Shown: positions 28,311-36,969 of the stretch, in pieces | Layout of the letters: each line of letters opens with the position of its first letter | Position numbering within the stretch: position 1 is the stretch's first letter | Sequence record: PQ493298 | DNA from: Escherichia phage EPIMAM01 | DNA: 64,000 bases | Direction: 5' to 3' (one strand) | Position numbers and translations under genes: made by a program | Notes under the pieces: model-generated | Databases searched by the model: none | What the model saw: only the letters and a program-made list of their open reading frames with translations | Told to the model about the DNA's origin: nothing

Positions 28311-28640
28311 TCAATTAGAAAATAAATTTATCCAAGATTGTTCTTTAATTAAAAATGGCTCAGAATCATATGCCATCAAACTTTGGGTGATTAGTCCTTT
28401 AAAAGGTCCATCAATAAATTCCATGGTAAAATATGGAATTTTATTCATTAATCTTGCATTAGGAGCAGTGCACAAAACTCTGCATCCTTTGAATACGCCT
28501 TTTTGTAATTTGTATTGCTTAGGATAAAATTCGCTCAAGACGTTGTTATTTGCCAAAATTTCAAAATGATTCACCAATTTATTTTTAATAGTTTTTGGCG
28601 AAAAATAAAGATATTCGAAAAGTTGCGTGTCTGTCATCAT
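28311..28640 (-). CDS. Hypothetical protein
   Basis: 109 aa from ATG 28640 (ATGA overlap with upstream stop). Confidence 0.5.
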   Translation of the reverse strand: MMTDTQLFEYLYFSPKTIKNKLVNHFEILANNNVLSEFYPKQYKLQKGVFKGCRVLCTAPNARLMNKIPYFTMEFIDGPFKGLITQSLMAYDSEPFLIKEQSWINLFSN

Positions 28641-29179
28641 TGCATCCCAATTACGAAAAACTGCGGACGAGTAATACCACCGATGCAGCATTTACTATTG
28701 CAACAGTATTGTACAGTTTCAATATGAATATCGTAAATTTTATCCATATCAGGAGATTTAACAGGCTCATCGATTATATACAGAATTCGAGAAAGCGTTA
28801 AACCTCTGAACTTGCTACCTCTATTACCAACAAAACTACGGACAGAATCAGTAAATAAACGGAATCGAATATCATCGCTAGAATAACGAGAAAATTCTTT
28901 TTTAATGTGGTCCGCAGAAATTTTAGCGTAAGATGAAGTATTAGAAAGAACAATAACTGTTCCACCGTCATACAACCAATTAGCAGCAAAGTTAGTCACA
29001 GCAATTGATTTACCGGATTGACGTCCACCATCTAGTCGAAGTGTGCAGTATTCTTTAAATAAATGTGGCGAATCAGGTACATAAAATCCACTATTACAAA
29101 TTTCTTCTACTCTAGCATCAGAATGGTGTGTAAAAGCATTCATCAGGGATAGATAAGGACCAGTTAAAAATGTTCTCAT
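28637..29179 (-). CDS. Small P-loop NTPase (start uncertain: 29179, 29209 or 29227)
   Basis: Walker A GGRQSGKS and Walker B ILYIIDEP. Confidence 0.5.
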   Translation of the reverse strand: MRTFLTGPYLSLMNAFTHHSDARVEEICNSGFYVPDSPHLFKEYCTLRLDGGRQSGKSIAVTNFAANWLYDGGTVIVLSNTSSYAKISADHIKKEFSRYSSDDIRFRLFTDSVRSFVGNRGSKFRGLTLSRILYIIDEPVKSPDMDKIYDIHIETVQYCCNSKCCIGGITRPQFFVIGMQ

Positions 29180-29189
29180 TTTGTTATCT

Positions 29190-29741
29190 CTAAATTTGGG
29201 CCATTCCATGGCGCATGAATTTTCCATTTCTGTATTTACCCATTACCGCACTTGGGCTCGACCTTATTACAGGTTGGCGGGAATCCCTCATAGAATCATG
29301 AGGTCCAGCTTGTTCCCATGTTATTTGAATGTAAATATTTTTGCCGTAATACTTATACCAGTGTGGCTTCATTAAAATTTTTTCATAGAGTCGCTGTTGA
29401 CTCAATTTAATAGCTGATTTGCATGGATTATAATCATTTTTCCATTCTGCTGGAATATCGCTGATGTCAGGAACTTCAGTATCTTTTATACTAAACCCAC
29501 GTTTTAAGCATTCCATTATAATGTCTGATTGACGCTTTCGCAAAAATTCTAACTTATCGTAAAAGAACGTGACATGACCAGAACCTAAAATAAACTCGGA
29601 AGATATTTTAAAATCTTTAACCCGTTTACCATTTGCCACGTGTTTACGAACTATACCAAAAACACGTGGCAATTCACGGTATTCCGCAATTAAATGTTGG
29701 TCAGCAAGTTCAGATACTAAAGTCAAATTAATACGAGTCAT
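29190..29741 (-). CDS. denV: Endonuclease V (pyrimidine-dimer DNA glycosylase) DenV with ~45-aa C-terminal extension
   Basis: First ~138 aa ([17 protein letters not shown]...WYKYYGK) as recalled for T4 endo V; ORF continues to TAG at 29190. Confidence 0.75.
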   Translation of the reverse strand: MTRINLTLVSELADQHLIAEYRELPRVFGIVRKHVANGKRVKDFKISSEFILGSGHVTFFYDKLEFLRKRQSDIIMECLKRGFSIKDTEVPDISDIPAEWKNDYNPCKSAIKLSQQRLYEKILMKPHWYKYYGKNIYIQITWEQAGPHDSMRDSRQPVIRSSPSAVMGKYRNGKFMRHGMAQI

Positions 29742-29765
29742 TTTATCTCTCCAAGTAACTGTGAA

Positions 29766-29795
29766 TATACTATCACAATTCTAGGAGAAAATAAA
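29766..29795 (-). promoter_or_regulatory. Early promoter upstream of denV (GTTTAT / TAGTAT); copy 1 of ~40-bp direct repeat
   Basis: near-identical to 30139-30168 element. Confidence 0.45.
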
Positions 29796-29798
29796 CTG

Positions 29799-30101
29799 TT
29801 ATTTACCTTTAATTACTTTAGCTGCTTCGATAGCCGCTTGCTGAAGGTCATCCATAGACATACCGAATTTAGAAGCAAAGTTATCAATTTTCTTTTCGAC
29901 AGCATTCAAAGGCTTGGCCTGTTTACCTTCATTAGCGCCAGGAAGAGCGAGAATACGCTCTTTGTCAATATAAAGGCTTACAAGTTTCTTACGGTCTTTA
30001 TCGGACAAATCGTGAAATGAATGGGCCTTTTTATTTATAGCGGCTTCTAATTTACCTGCACTCACTCGCGCTTCAGTAATAAATTCTTGATATGTTTTCA
30101 T
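29799..30101 (-). CDS. ipII: Internal protein II-like (capsid-targeting-sequence protein)
   Basis: 100 aa; N-terminal MKTYQEFITEA capsid targeting sequence; between denV and e as in T4. Confidence 0.7.
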   Translation of the reverse strand: MKTYQEFITEARVSAGKLEAAINKKAHSFHDLSDKDRKKLVSLYIDKERILALPGANEGKQAKPLNAVEKKIDNFASKFGMSMDDLQQAAIEAAKVIKGK

Positions 30102-30138
30102 ATGTTTCCTTTAAATATTTTAATTAGTAATTGTGAAT

Positions 30139-30168
30139 ATACTATCGCAGTTTTAGGAGAAAATAAAC
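30139..30168 (-). promoter_or_regulatory. Early promoter upstream of ipII; copy 2 of direct repeat
   Basis: gtgaatatactatcgcagttttaggagaaaataaac. Confidence 0.45.
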
Positions 30169-30172
30169 AACT

Positions 30173-30703
<531 letters not shown>

Positions 30704-31159
30704 TTAAAAGAGGTTGTTCATTATTCTGTAAAGTGAAGGACCCATCACATATTGCCACTGAGTACAAGGAATAAGAGCAAAAGCATCCATCTCTGGAATC
30801 ATAACACCATCTTTATTTTCAAAATAAGACTCACAATGGCAATTTCTAAACATCTCATGCTCTACTGGAATCGTATAATAAAATAGCTGTAAGTCTTTAT
30901 TACTAGAATATTTAAATACACCTAGGTCTTCTAGAAGGTCTGGATTATAATTACTAAAGCCAGTCTCTTCTAAACATTCTCTTTTTGCAGCTTCCAGTGC
31001 ATTCAAATCAGAACTTTCTACACGCCCCTTTGGAATATCCCAGCGATGTGCCATCATTCCAGGTTTACGAGAACCGGTAACTCGTCCCATAAATAAATCT
31101 TTATCTTCTGTCATAAAGATAATACCAGCTGATAATGTTTTCATTTTAATTTCCTGCAT
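30704..31159 (-). CDS. nudE: Nudix hydrolase NudE (e.1)
   Basis: 151 aa; Nudix box-like ALEAAKRECLEETGF. Confidence 0.75.
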   Translation of the reverse strand: MQEIKMKTLSAGIIFMTEDKDLFMGRVTGSRKPGMMAHRWDIPKGRVESSDLNALEAAKRECLEETGFSNYNPDLLEDLGVFKYSSNKDLQLFYYTIPVEHEMFRNCHCESYFENKDGVMIPEMDAFALIPCTQWQYVMGPSLYRIMNNLF

Positions 31160-31629
31160 TCAGTGATAAAATTATTTAAATTTTGAGCATATTTCTTTTC
31201 ATCAAAAATCTTTTGTTGTTTGCGCATCCGCCATGGCATTTCAATGAACATGTACCATATTTCTGATAATATTGATGCTGTAAAAATATTAACAAGTATG
31301 GTTAAAAGAATCCAATCTCCTATTCTGTCCATTGGATTTTTTATAAAAAAGTAAAATACGAATGATGACACAGGAAGACTAATGATATACCACAGAATCA
31401 TAATCTTATCTGTGAACCATTCAGCATTCGTTAACTTAGCACGACCATTATGAATACACACGAATTTATCATCTGTTACAGTAGATGGCTTAACTGCTTG
31501 ATATCCCATTCTAAACTCCCTAATTAATCGTTTCTTTGTATCTTCAGAACAGCCGCTCCAGTCAACTCTATCAACTGAAATGCCATCGTCCCCATCATCT
31601 AAATCATACCAGTGAGTTTTTAAAATCAT
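31141..31629 (-). CDS. Membrane protein with conserved C-terminal F-I-x-E-C-R-K tail
   Basis: 162 aa; two hydrophobic helices; tail NNFITECRKLK. Confidence 0.55.
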   Translation of the reverse strand: MILKTHWYDLDDGDDGISVDRVDWSGCSEDTKKRLIREFRMGYQAVKPSTVTDDKFVCIHNGRAKLTNAEWFTDKIMILWYIISLPVSSFVFYFFIKNPMDRIGDWILLTILVNIFTASILSEIWYMFIEMPWRMRKQQKIFDEKKYAQNLNNFITECRKLK

Positions 31630-32000
31630 TTAATTTTCCTACAATCACTCACAAACTCTTCCATTGATTCTTTTTCAATATAAGACATATAGCTATTATA
31701 TTCCTTTAATTGTATTTTGTAATCCTTTTTTCTTTGCCAATTTATTTTAAAATTATCATAATGAAAATATAACATGGTACCAAAGAATGAAAATAATGAA
31801 ATTGCTATAGTATAATGAAGTTCACTCCAAACTTCTATTATATCTACTATACCGCTGACGTTACTGCGGATGTTTAAAATAAAACAGTCAATTAACAATC
31901 CAATAAAACTACCCGCAAGAGCTGCAGCCAATGCCACAGCAAAAATTAAAAATGACTCAGAAAAAGAATATTTGACTTTATTTAGTTTTGGCTTTTGCAT
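31626..32000 (-). CDS. Membrane protein, paralog (tail EEFVSDCRKIK)
   Basis: 124 aa; two TM helices. Confidence 0.55.
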   Translation of the reverse strand: MQKPKLNKVKYSFSESFLIFAVALAAALAGSFIGLLIDCFILNIRSNVSGIVDIIEVWSELHYTIAISLFSFFGTMLYFHYDNFKINWQRKKDYKIQLKEYNSYMSYIEKESMEEFVSDCRKIK

Positions 32001-32374
32001 CGTGATTCCTTAACAAATTTCATAATTTCATCAAATTCATACATATCTAGCTTAAGCTGGTGTTCCTTTTTAATCTTTTTACACTGAGCTTTCCAATCAC
32101 GTACACGTTTACGATAATGTCTTCCTTGATACCAGTATCCTACCCAATTTACAGGTACTAATAAAAGCGGAACTACCAATGGAAGAATTAGTGTTGCTCC
32201 AAATATTACACCAGATTCAATATCAGTCATAACGTCTATAACCATTCCAGCAATCACCAAAATCACAAATGATACAGCTACCACAGGACCTATTAACACA
32301 TCAGTAGAAATTAGCTGACGCTTTGGTTCATACTTCACAGGTTTACTTGGAAGGTATAGTGATGGCTTTGACAT
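31982..32374 (-). CDS. Membrane protein, paralog (tail MKFVKESRCKSQN)
   Basis: 130 aa from ATG 32374; two TM helices. Confidence 0.5.
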   Translation of the reverse strand: MSKPSLYLPSKPVKYEPKRQLISTDVLIGPVVAVSFVILVIAGMVIDVMTDIESGVIFGATLILPLVVPLLLVPVNWVGYWYQGRHYRKRVRDWKAQCKKIKKEHQLKLDMYEFDEIMKFVKESRCKSQN

Positions 32375-32957
32375 ATTCTCTACATTCCTTAACAAATTTT
32401 TCTAATAATAAATCGCTTTCAAAATTGGGATTTTCTACGAATTTATCAAAAAGATCATCAACAATAGTTAAGATATTCTTTTTACTAAGAATACGCTTAT
32501 TTTCATATTTTGTTTCAGAGTCAACTATAAGAGTAAAGAAATATTTCTTTCCCTGAAATTTTACCGTAGTATCAATATAAAATAAATTTGATTTTTGTAA
32601 ATTACGTTTAAACCATGCATCACTTAAACTATAAACGCCAAGATAATCATAATCGTCGTTTAAATAACAAACCGTCCATTCAGGAGAAATGAAATCAGTA
32701 AATTCAACATCAAAATCACATGTCAATGAATGAATTGATTCAATACTGTTAATGAGTATTCCAGGACGTATTAAAGACTTTTTACCTCTATAAAATCTTC
32801 CAGAAAGACTTTCATCAGTTTCATATGAAGACCCCCAATAGTAATTACGTCCTTCTGCCATGCGTTTAAGAGCATTTAGTAATTGGTCTGGAACATCAAC
32901 CTGTCTTTGGAACTCTTCAAACATTGAATTGAAATCACTTTGCATTTTCATTTTCAT
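32343..32957 (-). CDS. Hypothetical protein with C-terminal EKFVKECREYVK motif
   Basis: 204-aa ORF. Confidence 0.55.
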   Translation of the reverse strand: MKMKMQSDFNSMFEEFQRQVDVPDQLLNALKRMAEGRNYYWGSSYETDESLSGRFYRGKKSLIRPGILINSIESIHSLTCDFDVEFTDFISPEWTVCYLNDDYDYLGVYSLSDAWFKRNLQKSNLFYIDTTVKFQGKKYFFTLIVDSETKYENKRILSKKNILTIVDDLFDKFVENPNFESDLLLEKFVKECREYVKAITIPSK

Positions 32958-32976
32958 TCCTATTTACTCCAAGTAT

Positions 32977-32995
32977 AAGGGGCCGAAGCCCCTTA
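32977..32995 (-). terminator. Stem-loop with UUCG tetraloop (minus strand)
   Basis: taaggggc-cgaa-gcccctta. Confidence 0.5.
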
Positions 32996-32998
32996 TCA

Positions 32999-33592
32999 TT
33001 ATTTCAGAGAATTAATGTATTCCTGAACATCGGCAGAGGTAGTTTCAACCCCAGAAATATTACCATTAAAGGTTTCAACTCGAGCAAGGGTATCTTCAAT
33101 ATCAACCTTAGTCAGTGCTGCAATTTCAACTACATCATCGGCAGTACTAATTCCAAGGGCATTTGCCGCACGAGTTTCACGGATATATTCCAATTTAACT
33201 GCAAGCTCTTGACGAGCATCATCTAACTCAACTACTTTCTTGGCGATTTCAATTCGCATTTCAGCATAACCGTCAGCCTTAGTAGTCAACTGCTCAGCTG
33301 TTCGACGATATAGTAAACCGAGTTTAGCATGCATTGTTACATCTTGACCTTCGGAAAGAAGTTTACGAATTTCACGCTCTTTTGATTCAGCCTGTCGATT
33401 CTTTTCGACAATAAGTTCACGAATACGTTTTTCTTCATTAATAGATTTAACAGAAGCAGTTTTTAGATCTTTAATTTTATCAAGCAGTTTTGCTGCTGCA
33501 GCAGTATACTGTTCTTCAACAGATAGATTTTTAGCCATAGCAGAACCAAGTTTAGTGCGAATAAACTCAACAATTTTCTTTAGTGTGTTCAT
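32999..33592 (-). CDS. Coiled-coil protein (possibly PspA/IM30-like)
   Basis: 197 aa, strongly helical with heptad periodicity and E/K/R richness. Confidence 0.5.
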   Translation of the reverse strand: MNTLKKIVEFIRTKLGSAMAKNLSVEEQYTAAAAKLLDKIKDLKTASVKSINEEKRIRELIVEKNRQAESKEREIRKLLSEGQDVTMHAKLGLLYRRTAEQLTTKADGYAEMRIEIAKKVVELDDARQELAVKLEYIRETRAANALGISTADDVVEIAALTKVDIEDTLARVETFNGNISGVETTSADVQEYINSLK

Positions 33593-33634
33593 AGTATTTC
33601 CTTAGGTTGATTAAAAATAAAATCTGTGGAAGAA

Positions 33635-34165
33635 TTATATCATGCTATTTAAGAGGTGTAAACTATTTTTAATTTTACAAATTCGTTCAGCTTCTTCAAC
33701 AGCGGCGGCGATAATGCTTTTAGCTATAGGAGTACTAATACTAGTAGCTTTTACACTTAACACGATTTCTTTATCTTTACCAGGCCAACCCCACGTTTTT
33801 TCACCGTGAGTGCCTTTAATTACAGCAGACACCTCAAGTGAGCATCCATTATCACATGTTTTTACATTAACAACCCAAGGGTCACTTTTCTCAACCGGTT
33901 TATCAATCGGTTTATCCCAGTAAATATTAAGAATACGTGGGACATCAAATTTAGCAGGGCAAATCTTAACCGTAAGACCTTCGCTTTCTAGCCAATTAAT
34001 AAGAGGGCGTTCATACATGCGGCGATGTGGGCTTCGGACTCGACAAGCCTTGTGCCCATTGCTTGCGGCTTCACTAAGCTGTTCTAATACCTGCTTTTGC
34101 ATTATTGATAAGATACCATCAAAAGATTTTTCGGAAGTTTCATTCAGTTCTGTATAAAGAGACAT
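33635..34165 (-). CDS. Hypothetical protein
   Basis: 176-aa ORF. Confidence 0.55.
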   Translation of the reverse strand: MSLYTELNETSEKSFDGILSIMQKQVLEQLSEAASNGHKACRVRSPHRRMYERPLINWLESEGLTVKICPAKFDVPRILNIYWDKPIDKPVEKSDPWVVNVKTCDNGCSLEVSAVIKGTHGEKTWGWPGKDKEIVLSVKATSISTPIAKSIIAAAVEEAERICKIKNSLHLLNSMI

Positions 34166-34190
34166 AACGGTTTCCTCAAGTTACAGGCTC

Positions 34191-34220
34191 ATAATATCTC
34201 AATCATGAGCCTATGTAAAC
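34191..34220 (-). promoter_or_regulatory. Early promoter with -10 inside inverted repeat (aggctcat / atgagcct)
   Basis: gtaaac 34215-34220, ataata 34191-34196. Confidence 0.45.
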
Positions 34221-34484
34221 TTATTTCATATTATTGAAATATTCTTCTGCGATTTCGTCGTTATCGTGGTAAACTTTAGAAGACAGTTTAACATAACCTT
34301 CAGCAGTGAACATATTAATCACAACCTTTACAGTATACCACTGTCCGTCTTCATTACCCATTACTGCGTAAGTTTCAAACATCGGATGGTCAGGACCGAT
34401 AATTTTAATATCATTCACTGTACGACCGAAATCTTCTGAAACGCATTTCATAAAGAAGTTGAACAGTTCGCCGTAATTATCCAT
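34221..34484 (-). CDS. Hypothetical protein (87 aa from ATG 34484)
   Basis: GGAGA Shine-Dalgarno before ATG 34484; track start lies upstream of promoter -10. Confidence 0.5.
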   Translation of the reverse strand: MDNYGELFNFFMKCVSEDFGRTVNDIKIIGPDHPMFETYAVMGNEDGQWYTVKVVINMFTAEGYVKLSSKVYHDNDEIAEEYFNNMK

Positions 34485-34528
34485 TTCATTCTCCAAGCTG
34501 TTTTTCTGTATCAGTAGTTGATAGTTGT

Positions 34529-34558
34529 ATAGTACCATGGAAGAACAGAGATGTAAAC
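34529..34558 (-). promoter_or_regulatory. T4-type early promoter (GTTTAC / TACTAT)
   Basis: gtaaac 34553-34558, atagta 34529-34534; near-identical to element at 19365-19394. Confidence 0.5.
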
Positions 34559-34702
34559 CGTTTTGTGAAAAAATTTTTAGGGAATTCTAGGGCAGGGAGG
34601 GGCAATTAAAAGGTAGGATTAATATATTACCAAATGATGACTAGAGAGGTCCAGAAAGGCCTAGATACCAAAAAGCCCTATCATTTAGATAGGGATTTAA
34701 AA

Positions 34703-35266
34703 TTATTTACCTAGTTTAGTTATTATAGCTTCTGCAGCAGCTTTTAGCTTAGATGCAGTGTTAATACGATTTTTAATTTCAGTATACGCATCGCCAAGAA
34801 CATCAAGGCTATCAGAATAAACACTTACACTATTGCGTTCGCTATTTGAAATAGAACCTTTAGTTTTACGATCAAAATCGGTGTACACGTCTTGAAGATC
34901 GCGGGCTGCCTTCTTTGCATCATCCAATGCATCAAGAGCTTTATTCAAAGCATTAACGTATTTTTTAGTGTCGAACATATTCTTAGAAATTTTAACAGGT
35001 GCACGTTCAGGAGTAGCTAATACAGATTTAGGAACCTGAGCGCCAGATGCCAATTTCTTAGAAATTTTGAAAAATGCTTTATTGAATTTATTTTCTTGAC
35101 TCATTGTAAAAGAACTATTATCGATGTTGTACATTTCAATAGCTTTAGCTTTCCACTTAAGAAAATCGCCGCGGTCTTTTGGGTCCAATTGGAAGAATAC
35201 TTTAGTAAGATCTGCTTCAGATGGTAATTTTGCTGCTTCGGTTAAAAATTCGGCATAGGTTTTCAT
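34703..35266 (-). CDS. Internal protein (IPIII-like size) with capsid targeting sequence
   Basis: 187 aa; N-terminus MKTYAEFLTEA. Confidence 0.65.
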   Translation of the reverse strand: MKTYAEFLTEAAKLPSEADLTKVFFQLDPKDRGDFLKWKAKAIEMYNIDNSSFTMSQENKFNKAFFKISKKLASGAQVPKSVLATPERAPVKISKNMFDTKKYVNALNKALDALDDAKKAARDLQDVYTDFDRKTKGSISNSERNSVSVYSDSLDVLGDAYTEIKNRINTASKLKAAAEAIITKLGK

Positions 35267-35360
35267 TTAAAATCCTTGAAATAATTTATCGGTTGGTTAT
35301 TAATTATTTATTACTTTGTTACTATCCGTAGCAGCATTCTCTATGTGATTCAAACTAAAA

Positions 35361-35384
35361 AGCCCCAACCTTTCGGCTGGGGCT
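35361..35384 (-). terminator. GC hairpin; copy 1 of ~35-bp direct repeat flanking internal-protein gene
   Basis: ctaaaaagccccaacctttcggctggggctaag. Confidence 0.5.
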
Positions 35385-35391
35385 AAGAATG

Positions 35392-35865
35392 TTATTTGAT
35401 TTGTTTAGCAGACCAAATGCGGTCTTTAATAATTTTTTGGATGTCTTCAACATACTCAAGAGAGTGAACATGTGGATTATCTTTGAAACTATAAGCACGG
35501 GCTAACTTTTGGCCTTCGGTTTTGATTACTAAAAGCTCTTTAAGGATAGCTTCATATTTAGAGATAATTCCTTTAACGATATTTTTTTCTTGTGCAGCTT
35601 TAGGATCTGCTTTAGGAGCAGGTTTACCCGAAGCCTTTGCAAAAGCAGCGCCAGTAGCAACTAAACTTTTCCAGGCCATACTAACTGCATTTCCCGTAAA
35701 TCCTTCTGCTTTCATGTCGCGAGCAAATTGGAATCGTGATTCGTCAGAAGCATCTTTATAGGAATATTTACCCGCTGCAATGGCTGCTTTTGCGACAGCT
35801 TGAATTTCGGTGCTAGATGCTTCATTTAACACCGCTTCATTTAAAAATTGAGCATATGATTTCAT
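35392..35865 (-). CDS. Internal protein with capsid targeting sequence (Ala/Lys-rich)
   Basis: 157 aa; N-terminus MKSYAQFLNEA. Confidence 0.6.
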   Translation of the reverse strand: MKSYAQFLNEAVLNEASSTEIQAVAKAAIAAGKYSYKDASDESRFQFARDMKAEGFTGNAVSMAWKSLVATGAAFAKASGKPAPKADPKAAQEKNIVKGIISKYEAILKELLVIKTEGQKLARAYSFKDNPHVHSLEYVEDIQKIIKDRIWSAKQIK

Positions 35866-35919
35866 CTTATTTCCTGTTTTAATTCGTGGATTTAATATAC
35901 TACTATATTTATACTAAAA

Positions 35920-35943
35920 AGCCCCAACCTTTCGGTCGGGGCT
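35920..35943 (-). terminator. GC hairpin; copy 2 of ~35-bp direct repeat
   Basis: ctaaaaagccccaacctttcggtcggggctaag. Confidence 0.5.
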
Positions 35944-35949
35944 AAGCCT

Positions 35950-36250
35950 TGCGGCAACCTTGTCGGGGTTCCACCTGCTAAGGCAAGTGTTTGTACGAAA
36001 CGCCGGGATTCGAACCCGGTTATTAAGCAGTTGACGCTACTCAATATTTTTAAAAGGCCATATCTCGACCATATCCGAACGTTCCGTCAAAAACGCTACT
36101 CGGCTTACGGCAAAGATATTTCCTCGAATCGATAATTCTGTGCGCCGTTTCTGCTGTGATGTAAGGGGACATTAACAGATCGTAAAGATTTGTTAATGCC
36201 AGTCCTTACCCAGGGAACATCAGTCCGACGACTTACCGGTAGCGACCCGG
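35950..36250 (-). ncRNA. Region likely encoding small stable RNAs of the tRNA operon (T4 species 1/2-like)
   Basis: No ORF; tRNA-like T-arm (accgggttcgaatcccggcg) and GC stems; position downstream of tRNA-Arg as in T4. Confidence 0.4.
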
Positions 36251-36254
36251 TTTC

Positions 36255-36605
36255 TTAATATTCTTTTAAAGCATCAATCTGTTCACGGCGTTTACGCCAT
36301 AAATCAATTGCTTCATACGCAGATTCAGCATTTCGAATTAGTCGGCATTTGTGTAAAGACTTGTGATTTTGATATTGCGTAGATAACGAAATTTTATCTA
36401 AAAGGTCTTTACGTTCAAAGTATTCGTAACCATCTAAGCCAAATGAACGATTTTTGAGAAATTGCCAATGACCATATTCGTTTTCGACATAAACATAATC
36501 CGCATGTTGATAAAGCAAATTAATTACACGTTCAGAAATAACAGTGTCATTGTGATTAAAATAAAATGTTAAATCATGAACTACTAAATAAACATTACCT
36601 TTCAT
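36255..36605 (-). CDS. Hypothetical protein embedded in tRNA operon
   Basis: 116-aa ORF; GAGGAAA Shine-Dalgarno directly after tRNA-Arg 3' end. Confidence 0.5.
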   Translation of the reverse strand: MKGNVYLVVHDLTFYFNHNDTVISERVINLLYQHADYVYVENEYGHWQFLKNRSFGLDGYEYFERKDLLDKISLSTQYQNHKSLHKCRLIRNAESAYEAIDLWRKRREQIDALKEY

Positions 36606-36621
36606 ATTTTCCTCACTTAAT

Positions 36622-36697
36622 TGGTCGAGGCAGTAGGGATCGAACCTACGACCTAGGACTTAGAAGGTCCTTGCTCTTCCTTCTGAGCTATGCCCCG
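36622..36697 (-). tRNA. tRNA-Arg (anticodon UCU)
   Basis: Cloverleaf folded by hand; anticodon loop CUUCUAA; encoded CCA. Confidence 0.8.
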
Positions 36698-36701
36698 TAA
36701 T

Positions 36702-36777
36702 TGGGGTGACCGATGGGGGTCGAACCCATGACTACGAGAATCACAATCTCGAGTTCTACCAACTGAACTACGGCCAC
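36702..36777 (-). tRNA. tRNA-His (anticodon GUG)
   Basis: 7-bp acceptor, D-loop with GG, anticodon loop UUGUGAU, T-loop TTCGACC; no encoded G-1. Confidence 0.65.
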
Positions 36778-36870
36778 ATTAATACCTACTCCAACAATCA
36801 AGATGTCTTCACACGAAATTAAGAGAAGAGTGATCAGTTCAACCCTATAATCGCGTCAAGTAGATATTAA

Positions 36871-36886
36871 TGTGACAGTTGTCACA
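36871..36886. repeat. Palindrome TGTGACA-gt-TGTCACA in tRNA spacer
   Basis: 7-bp inverted repeat with 2-nt centre. Confidence 0.4.
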
Positions 36887-36890
36887 AATT

Positions 36891-36965
36891 TGGCGGACGT
36901 GATAGGATTCGAACCTATAACCAATCGCTTAACAGGCGATCGCTCTGCCATTGAGCTACACATCC
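36891..36965 (-). tRNA. tRNA-Asn (anticodon GUU)
   Basis: Canonical stems: D-stem GCTC/GAGC, anticodon stem ATCGC/GCGAT, loop CUGUUAA; CCA encoded. Confidence 0.8.
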
Positions 36966-36969
36966 AAAT

